NCBI GenBank assembly: GCA_964016885.1
Contig: OZ024749.1
Span: 30,690,001 to 30,754,000, forward strand
Source: Eledone cirrhosa
Taxonomy: Eukaryota
DNA: 64,000 bases
Direction of reading: 5' to 3'
The notes under the pieces: model-generated
Seen by the model: the letters and a program-made list of their open reading frames with translations, nothing else
Told to the model about the DNA's origin: nothing
Databases searched by the model: none
Position numbers and translations under genes: made by a program
In this document: piece by piece, positions 54,272-64,000 of the stretch
Layout: every line of letters begins with the position of its first letter
Position numbering within the stretch: position 1 is the first letter of the stretch

Positions 54272-56075
54272 TTCTTTGAGTCTCAGTCATTGATGTTAGT
54301 TAACTGGAAAGTTTGTTGAAATGAATATCAAGCCAATACCTGCAGCCTCAGATATTCAGGATGTATCGGAGGGTTCTTGCTGTTCCCAGCAAGCATGCCT
54401 TTTAAAGCGTTCCAAAAAGCGTGAAGGGGTCAATTTTCTATAACCATCCCTGGAAACTTTTTGAAATAGTACCTAGTGCGCCTATGACAATCGGGACCAC
54501 TTTGACTTCATGGCAGTTCCAAATCCTTTTTACCTCCCGCTTTAAATCCTGGTATCGGTTAATTTTCTCCCTCTCCTTCTTGCAATCTCGTGTCGAATGG
54601 GCAGGCCACATCCAGAATCAGGCACGATCTTTTTTCTTTGTCCACAACCACCAGGTCAGGTCTATTATGTTCCAGTTTCTTGTCCGTCTGTATCCTAAAA
54701 TCCCACAGCACCTTCACCTGATCGTTTTCTATCACCGACTCTGGCTTATGCTCATACCACTTCTCAGAATGTGGTAAATTGTTTACTTTGCATAGGTGCC
54801 AGTGGATCACCCTGCCCATCACATCATGTCTGCAGCCCTTATAGTGAGTCTGGGCTAGGTGTTTACACTCGGATACAATGTGAGCCACAGTCTCCTCTCT
54901 CTCTCCACAGATCATGCACAGTTGGCTAGCCTCCTCCTTGTAAATATGGTGTTTCAACCACTTCCTTTTGAGGGCCTGCTCCTGCGCAGCCATTAACATT
55001 CCTTCTCTAACCTTTTTAAGGTCTCCTCTTTTCAACCAGTTCCATGTCTGTGGATCTCTGAATTCAGTTTTCTCACAGAAGGTACTATGAAGGGATTTTT
55101 CCTGAAGGCTGCTCTTTCTCCTTGATGTTATTTCCTCCTTGGACATCCCCTGGTCTATTGTCCTCTCCTTAAGTACAGTTCTGAGCATTGGCTCCTTACT
55201 ATCAGTCACGTATTTGTGTAGGTTGTTTTTCCCCATCTGAAAACAGTCCTCTATGCTGATAAGACATCTTCCACCTTCAGATCTCCTTAAGTAGAATCTA
55301 TCGACATCACTCCTCTTGTGGAACATGTTGTAGATACTCAATAGCTTCCTAGTCTTCCTATCCATTTTATTTTGTCCAGCAACATTCCATCTCAGAATTC
55401 CCGCACTGTACGTAATAATAGACACAGCTCGGGAATTTACTGCACTTATGGCATTCCTACTGTTCAGATGTGACTTTAATACGCTCCTTACTCTCCGAAT
55501 GTATTCAGTTCTTATCAATTCCTTCATTTTTTTGTTCTTGATGTCATCAGCCTCCAGAACACCCAAATACTTCTATCCTTCTTCAGAGTCAATTTCCTTT
55601 ATCATCTCACCTGTTGGTACCTGGATTCCGTTACTTCTGCTCAATTTACCCCTCTTCATCACAAGGACTCCACACTTACTAATACCAAATCGCATACATA
55701 TATCACTGTTGAGAATACGGACAGTGTCAACAAGCACATCGAACTCCTTCTCACTCTTCCCGAAGAGCTTAAGATCGTCCATGAAGAGGACGTGATTGAT
55801 GGTAAGCTCTCCCTTTCCCAACCTGTATCCTGCTCTCACTTTTCGCAGTACACTGGTCAGGGGCATCAGGTCAAGGACAAACAACAGAGGGGACAGACTA
55901 TCTCCCTGGAAGATACCTCTCTTGATCTTCAAGTTTCCCAAGGATTCTCTAGTTGATGTTAACTCTGTTTCCCAGGACTTCATACTTTTGCCCAACAACT
56001 GTCTGATGTTATCTGCCACCTTGAAGATCTCCAGGCTTTTGGTGATCCAAGAATGAGTCACCATGTCAAATGCCT
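54272..56075 (-). mobile_element. 5'-truncated R4/Dong element with (AAT)n on both sides
   Basis: ORFs 55573-56064 and 54559-55566 are closely similar to 18470-19990; same 3' UTR. Confidence 0.94.
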
Positions 56076-56798
56076 ATTATTATTATTATTATAATTATGA
56101 TTGTCATTACTATTATTTGTATTTGGTTTCGTTTTCCATTGTTTTCTTTTTTTTTAATCCGACTGTGCAATGTGTAACACCACCATTCATTGCACTTGCC
56201 ATCAGGAAGAAAAAGTACAACTATTATTCTGCATTTTCAGAAATGCTACATCTGATAACGTGCATTAAATAAGTCAGTTGATGCCCTTCACGTCTTATGT
56301 CGAATCTTGTAAATTAGAAACTTGGCACTTGAAATAGGCCGATGACCCCACAAACATATATATAGGAGTATTATGCCCAGAGGAATGTAGTATACATTTG
56401 TCTTGTCAAAAGTGGAGAGGACTTCTAAGTGGCGTCAAAGTGACATCTAGAAGCGCTAGACGATCTGGCGTAGTGCGGTTTATTTCTTTAGTGATTCAGG
56501 GTATTTATATAAATGTGTTCTTTGTCCTTAAATTATCGGATGAATGTGACAGGTCGATTTAGTGCACTACAACAAACATATACTTAGTCAGGTGCTGAGA
56601 ATGCAATTGGTGTTTGGATCCAGCCATGGGTTGTCTTCCATTTTGTGACACATTTCCAGTTGTCCCGGGCAGATCATATGGAAACTACCTACCCGATGAT
56701 TACTCCTGAATACCACAATGTTATTCCAGATCGGTTGCATCCCATTAGGTTTGCCAAAAAGAATAATGGTTTATAGACATCATAATAGTTTCATAAAT

Positions 56799-57006
56799 GG
56801 TTTCTTAGGCACAAGACCAGCAATTTTTGTGGAGGGGAAAGTCGATTAAATCGACCCCAGTTCGTGACTGATTCTTTATTGTATCGACTCCCGCAAGGAT
56901 TAAAGGCAAAGTTAACCTCCGCTGGATTTGAACTCAGATCATAAAGGGCCGTAACTCTTTGCTGCAAAACATTGCGTCAGACCCTCTACCGATACTGCCA
57001 ATCCAC
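56799..57006 (-). mobile_element. Diverged SINE family A (longer variant)
   Basis: aggcacaagaccagc...gatttgaactcag...gatactgccaatccac. Confidence 0.85.
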
Positions 57007-57137
57007 AACACACTTTGCTATACAAGTGACACTTGAGAGCTATCTGGAAAGGGCAGCTAAATAGCTAAACCATCAAATGAGGGCAGAAAATGCAACAACA
57101 ACTACAACCGGGAAATGCAACAACAATTACAACACGA

Positions 57138-57240
57138 CCGAGGCTAACTTTGCCTTTCATCCTTACGGGGTCGATAAAATAAAGTACAAGTAATACAGTG
57201 GGATAATTTCTGGCCTTGTGCCAAACGTAGAAACAATTAT
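57138..57240 (+). mobile_element. 3' half of SINE family A
   Basis: ccgaggctaactttgcctttcatcc...gtagaaacaattatt. Confidence 0.85.
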
Positions 57241-57387
57241 TAGTTATTTCCATCTGTCAGGCCATTTAAAGAAACATTGTTTAATTAAACAGTTGCATTC
57301 ATGCGTGCAATTTCACTAAGACGGAACATATGTTCACCTCCATGGAAATATAAACATATATACATGCAGGCTGACACGTCTCCGCCT

Positions 57388-57517
<130 letters not shown>

Positions 57518-57935
57518 CCTTGTATTATCATTTTAGAATAAAATATGAGATGAAATAAAATTTTAAAATTTTGATTACATATTAAGATCGAAAGATATTT
57601 AATGATGAATCTAAATTTCAATTTTCGAAAAGCTAATTTAAAATTCCATGATAATATGTCAATAATACATAAACACTCGTACATATATAATTTTCACTTA
57701 TCAATCTTTTCCAATAAGTATATATTTATGTATACATGTATGTGTGTATAAATGTGTGTGTGTATGTATGTATGTTTGTATGTATGTATGTATTTATGTA
57801 TGCATATATGTAAGATGTATGTATGAATGTATGTATGTATGATTCAATGGGTGTATGCATATATATATATATATATGTATATATATACATATTTATATTA
57901 AAAAAAAAATATATATATAGATATATGTATATGTA

Positions 57936-57978
<43 letters not shown>

Positions 57979-58024
57979 ATATTAACATACATATATATAT
58001 GTATACATATACATATATATGTAT

Positions 58025-58086
<62 letters not shown>

Positions 58087-58092
58087 CATATA

Positions 58093-58170
58093 TCTAAGGC
58101 GGGTAAAATTCCCGAGATCCATGGACGTGTTCTCTCCAACGGTCTCTGTCCCTCATTATCGCTGCCATGT
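58093..58170 (-). mobile_element. 3' end of RTE-type LINE inside (AT)n
   Basis: Matches 29416-29490. Confidence 0.85.
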
Positions 58171-58653
58171 ATATATGTATATATATATGTATATATATAT
58201 ATGCATATATATATACATATACTTATATATATACATACATACCCATATACACACATATATATCTATATATATATATATATATATATATCTATATATATAT
58301 ATCTATATCTATATACATATATATATAAGGGAAAGAACATCATCTTAATCCGGAATCAATGGACGGCTGATTAGTTCCGTTAATGAAATACTTAGAACAA
58401 GAAGAACACGGTGTGTTAGAGTGTTGGGGGGCGGTTGTAGAAATGACTCTCTGCCCATTAACATAATAAGGTGAGTGGTGTTCCCGTTGTAGCGGCGTAG
58501 GGAAGGCTCTCTCTGGGTAGTAATGGGGTATCGATTTACTTAGCATCTAATTGAAATTTTCATATTAGCTATCAAGTAATCAGCTATCTATATTGATTTG
58601 CGATTTTCATTCACCAAGAAATTATATTTGTTCTCCTCCCATATATTAGTATT

Positions 58654-58787
<134 letters not shown>

Positions 58788-58817
58788 TATACATATATGT
58801 ATATATATATATATATG

Positions 58818-58911
<94 letters not shown>

Positions 58912-58927
58912 TTATATATGTATACAT

Positions 58928-58992
<65 letters not shown>

Positions 58993-59022
58993 GTATATGT
59001 ATATATATACATACATATATTT

Positions 59023-59094
<72 letters not shown>

Positions 59095-59152
59095 TGTAAT
59101 CATATTTATACACACATTCCTATATATATTTGTGCATATTTGTTCATATTCG

Positions 59153-59184
<32 letters not shown>

Positions 59185-59282
59185 TAACTGGATATACAAA
59201 TAGTTATGGAAAAACAAAAACGCCTTAATAATTATCGTTGGCCAACGGGATGCTTTATGCTGTGAAAATTAAATATATTGGA

Positions 59283-59381
<99 letters not shown>

Positions 59382-59396
59382 GTATATATATATATA

Positions 59397-59438
<42 letters not shown>

Positions 59439-60754
59439 TGTATGTGTTTGTGTGTGTGTAGATATACTTAGTTTTCGTACTTGAAATGCAAAATTTCTTA
59501 TCTGAAGACGTGTGTTGAAACAGATATTGCTATAATTTGGCAGTGTCATCCTGCCAATAAAACACACGCATCTGTTCATTTTCACTTCAATTTATTATAA
59601 ATTTCCGGCTGGTTGTTTATTTGTTTATTGTCAAAGCTCTTTACTCACGCATTGTGTAACCTCGTCGGTTACTAATTTGTTATTTTTATTACTTTCTTTT
59701 GTTCTGTGTTCTGTCAAAAATTAGATTGTGTTGAACAGAGCCAAGAGGGTCACAGAATATCAAATTTGTCATTAAGGTGGTGGGACAAATGAGCTTTGAA
59801 TATAAACAAATAAACAACCATACGCTCATTAAAGTAACTGGAAATTTATAATAAATTGAATTGCGTACGATTCAGGCCAGTACCACGTATGCGAGGAAGA
59901 AGTGAGAAGAGATGATTTGAGAAGAAGAAACGTGATGTATGAAGACTGATATAAAGAGAGCTGCAACAAAGTATTTGGAACAAAATAAGCGTGATAAAAC
60001 ATGTTGAAACCGGTATATGTTTTCTTGTGTTTCATTGTTCTTCACCACATATATGTCTATACGTCTAATTTATCTTCACCTAACGAATCTATAATAAATA
60101 AAACGTGTAGTGTCTTATACAAGTAGTACTACGTAGTACACATAGTACTATGTAGTGCACATACATACATACGTATATATATTTATATATATTTATATAT
60201 ATGTATATATATATAAATAAATAAATATATATATATATATTCACATATAGGAAGGATCGGAGACTGAGAGAGAAATAAATAGATATGCTGTAGAAGCTCG
60301 TCATGGCTGGTATTAAGCGACATGCTTATCGTGTTAAACCTATTAGGGCTCGAATTGAAACCTATAAGTACACGAATTGAAGTCAAAGAACTGTTTGTAT
60401 TAAGTGTAGTAGTTAGTAATTGTATGTAGGAAGTGGCTGGAGTCGGCAAGATGAAAGTAATTAGAAGAACTTGGAAAACGAGGGGCTTAATTACGTTTAA
60501 TTGCAGGTCAAATTGAAATAGCCGAAACTACTATCATCCGTTAATTAAAATGATATAGCGAAATATTCAACCAACGACAAATGGATTTAGAACAGCTTCC
60601 AGCGAAAACATTAAAATCAATAGAATTTCCAATACGTATCGCCAAACTATCACTGAAGTATTTAGACAATTGCAATGGAATTTACAGCTCAAATCTCTTC
60701 TTCTATCTCTAGATATCCCTATCCTTCTACCCATGTATCCCTACCTATAATATT

Positions 60755-60845
60755 CTAGGTAGAAGGATTCGAAACCAGGACCTAAGGATAACCACTACCT
60801 ATAACAAACTACAGTCCTACGCTCTATCAACTGAGTTATCAGCTC
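60755..60845 (-). pseudogene. tRNA-Tyr(GTA)-derived sequence retaining an intron; acceptor and T stems broken
   Basis: Minus strand gataactcagttgatagagcgtaggactGTAg-[tttgttataggtagtggtt]-atccttaggtcctggtttcgaatcc matches the eukaryotic tRNA-Tyr layout. Confidence 0.75.
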
Positions 60846-60989
60846 ACTTGTTTCTTGCCACAGTTTTTAACATACATAAATTAAGAAACTTGATGAAGAA
60901 TACATTTGTTAATTGATAATGCAGCCATCATGCCTAAAATGTATATTTATTTACACAGAGATTATAGAAATTCATTATTCAATATGGTT

Positions 60990-63286
60990 TTATTTCTCAT
61001 GTAAGGGTATAGGTAGTAATACTAGGGTGATTAGAGTATTCGTCGTTGACTTAGTCATTATATGATAAACTTAAAGTTGGTTAAATCATTGAACAAAGAG
61101 TCCTATGGTAGTATTTCTGCCGGTGTCCTTTTGTCCGAAGTCTTCGTGAATTTTATGGGGTCTGTTTCCGTTTTAATGTGTTTCGGAGTAATGTTAAAGA
61201 GATGGGGCGGGGGGGGGGGCAATTCAGGGGAAATAATTGTGCTGTATTGTTGTTATGAGATGCGAATAAGATTTTTGTCGTGGGCGGACAGCACGAGGCC
61301 CAAGCCTTGGGTGTACATTAAAGGTGATGCCAACATCATTTGGGCAATGCTGATGGAATATTTTTCACATCATACAGGTAATGTAGTGCTCACAGATACG
61401 TTGGAGAGAATAAAGGTTGAGCTTTTCTAGTCGACTCCAATAGTCAAGGTCTGTCATGCCAACTATCTTTTTTGTAATTGACCTTTGAGGTGCTTCAACT
61501 TTCATGATACTTTGTTTTGTGTGGGGAGACCATCGTGGACAACAGTATTCAAGGTGTGGTCGGGCAAAAGTGGAGAAGAGAAGGATAACAGTGTGGATAT
61601 CTATCGACTGGAATGTTCTTAGAATCCAAGAACACATTCTGAGGGCAATGTCAACTTTGTTGTTTATATGAATGGCCCAGCTTATGTTGTTGTCTACAAT
61701 TACTCCCAAGTCTCTGATGTTGTTGGATGCAACGAGAGTTTCACCTGAAGGAGAGGAGTATATGCGTTCCAGGGCATCCTCTTTTCTAAAGTGGATTAAC
61801 TCGAATTTATCCTCATTCAACAGCATATTGTTCTTTTCCGTCCATTGGATAACAACCAGTATGTCTGACTGAAACAAGTCCGGTCACCCTCCTCATTGAT
61901 GACCTTCTGGAGCTTGGAATCATCTGCAAAGATTCTTATGTTGCTGTTCTTAATGATGTCAATAATGTCATTAATATACATGATGAAAAGAAGTGGGCCC
62001 AACACAGTGCCTTGAGAGACGCCACTGCTGACTTTTGCAGGGCTTGATTTTGCTCCTTCGACTACATGTTGGGACTCTGTCTCTCTGAAAACATTTGATC
62101 CACTGTAGTAACTTTCCAGAGACACCAATGTTGGATAGTTTTTTCAATAGAATGTTGTGATCAACCCTGTCAAAGGCCTTACTGATTTCAAGGTAGATGA
62201 CATCAGTGTTGGAGCCCTCTCCCAAAGCTCTCAAAATATCATCAAAGTGATGCAGGAGCTGCGGAACCCATGCTGGTTGGAGTTCAGCAGTCTGTTGCTT
62301 TCGAGAAAATGGATTATTCGTGATCTCACCACCCACTCAAATACCTTGATAATATGAAAGGTGAGTGAGATCGGACGGTAGTTCACTGCAAGGGACTTGT
62401 TTCTCCTGCTGAAACTGGGACAACGGATTAGGACAGAACGTTTTCAGGAATATAACCAGCATCTAGAGAGTTCCTCCACAGATTAGCAAGAGGAGATACT
62501 AGTTGGTGCCAACACACCTTCATGAAGCAAGCAGGGAACCTATCGGGGCCTACTGCTGAATTGTGTTTAATTTCGTTTATTGCCGCTAATACACCAGGGG
62601 CGACAAACGTTGTGTCCGGTATATTGTGCTGAGGATTAACATCACTGATACAGCCCAGATCGGCCATATCAGGATTGCTGAAAACAGAGCAGTTACTGTT
62701 ACTGCAGTATATCACCCATGGTTTTAGCATTATCTCGAAGTGTGCTATTTTCATCAATTATAGGGCCAACAGTGGAGACAGTGACCTTGTGTTTTTTCGC
62801 AAATGAAAAGAACACTTTGGTGTTGAGTTTGATTTTCTCAAATGTCCATTTATCCTCAGCTGTTTTTGGGTTATTGATGATGGTCTCCATGTATTGTTAG
62901 AGGTTATCTTTTTTTGATTCAAGCTTTGCGATAGCATTCGAATGTGTGTGTTGTTGTTGGCAGTACTATAGTATGTTATTTTTTTGGTTTGTTCTATTAA
63001 TTTTTTTGATAATAGTTTTTTTCTGTTTTGGGGGATACTGCACTTACTTTTGCTGACAGGCCTTGGTGCGGTGTGTTTTGCACATATATTTGTGACTGTC
63101 CACAAAGATCTGCCAAGACGTTTTGATGTTGGAGGAAATGAGTGCGTGTGTAAAAGCCCAGTCAACATGTGAGAACTCGTTCATGATTGAATCCCAGTTG
63201 GCATTATATAGTTCCATATAAAATAGGTGGGCTGGAGAGAGGTCACCAGGATTAACTTTCGGCTGGTGGAATCATGGTCTGAAAGA

Positions 63287-63292
<6 letters not shown>
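60990..63292 (-). mobile_element. Decayed 5'-truncated CR1/Jockey-group LINE (end of APE + RT), multiple frameshifts
   Basis: LSDH, GPDRFP, YRPISLT, SKAFDRVDH, GVSQGTVLGPLLF, FADDSK, RDLGV, RPHLEYC, LYSLQR. 3' boundary uncertain. Confidence 0.9.
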
Positions 63293-63369
<77 letters not shown>

Positions 63370-63373
<4 letters not shown>

Positions 63374-63800
63374 AACGTTTTATTTAAAATTGTTGGGTTA
63401 CAACAAGTAAATATTTTATAACTGATATAAAGCACTCGACAAGTTTTTGGAGTAGATATACGATATTAAACAAATGGAAACTATATTTATAAAACCATAT
63501 GTATTTCATTATACATATTTCGGGGATACCATATTAAAAATATGGCATGCCTTCGTCAGATAAAATACAATATATAAACAGTTTTATAAATAATTTTGAC
63601 GTACCATAAATATGAGCGACCATTACATAATGGTCGCTCATATTTATGGTACGTCAAAATTATTTATAAAACTGTTTATATATTGTATTTTATCTGACGA
63701 AGGCATGCCATATTTTTAATATGGTATCCCCGAAATATGTATAATGAAATAAATATGGTTTTATAAATATAGTGTCCATTTGTTTAATATCGTATATATT
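63370..63800. mobile_element. Fold-back family-F pLTR, ~170-bp arms centred at ~63626, with hammerhead motifs (63508-63563 -, 63690-63745 +)
   Basis: Near-perfect palindrome; CUGACGA-aggcaugccauauu-uuu-aauaugguaucccc-GAAA-uaug-UA. Confidence 0.85.
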
Positions 63801-63817
63801 TATATATACGATATATA

Positions 63818-64000
63818 TGCTCACCGACATCCAGAGTTGACATTGCACTCAGTGCTCCTTTGGGAGCCCCTACATGGACACACTAGAAGAGGAAGACCAA
63901 GGTTAACATATGTTGATGCCCTAAGGACAGACACTGGTCTGTTGGAGATGCAGGATATGGCAGCGATAATGAGGGACAGAGACCGCTGGAGAGAACTCGT
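63818..64000 (+). mobile_element. 3' part of RTE-type LINE (runs off the window)
   Basis: [60 protein letters not shown]. Confidence 0.88.

Noticed and set aside
59497-59530. CTGAAGA-cgtgtgtt-GAAA-cagata as a hammerhead
   Set aside because: Stems I and II do not pair convincingly.

Overview
This is eukaryotic, very AT-rich, repeat-saturated DNA, either intergenic or intronic. I find no supportable host protein-coding gene. Almost all ORFs in the track are translations of (AT)n, (AC)n or (AG)n microsatellites. The SINE repertoire and microsatellite load resemble an octopod cephalopod genome (inference, not verified). Recognisable content: (i) a near-intact Penelope-like element of the Naiad type (RT + GIY-YIG, pseudo-LTRs) at ~31.0-34.75 kb, a decayed one at ~10.1-13.5 kb, and many solo or inverted pLTR fragments sitting in (AT)n tracts; (ii) three R4/Dong-type non-LTR elements (RT + restriction-like endonuclease) tailed by (AAT)n; (iii) a full-length Tx1/L1-type element in (TTA)n with an in-frame deletion of the RT core, plus three stacked 5'-truncated relatives in (TATC)n; (iv) a decayed CR1/Jockey-group LINE; (v) four 3' ends of an RTE-type LINE with (TA)n tails; (vi) about a dozen tRNA-derived SINEs and an intron-retaining tRNA-Tyr-derived sequence. 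Most notable signals: about 13 type-I hammerhead-ribozyme motifs from at least 7 families, including family-fixed core variants (CAGAAGA, CCGAAGA); a recurring asymmetric fold-back insertion architecture with fixed breakpoints; a 529-bp tandem/inverted array with a hammerhead-like core (retrozyme-like candidate); and apparent partitioning of retroelement clades among different microsatellite targets. Coordinates were read by eye and are approximate (±5-10 nt).
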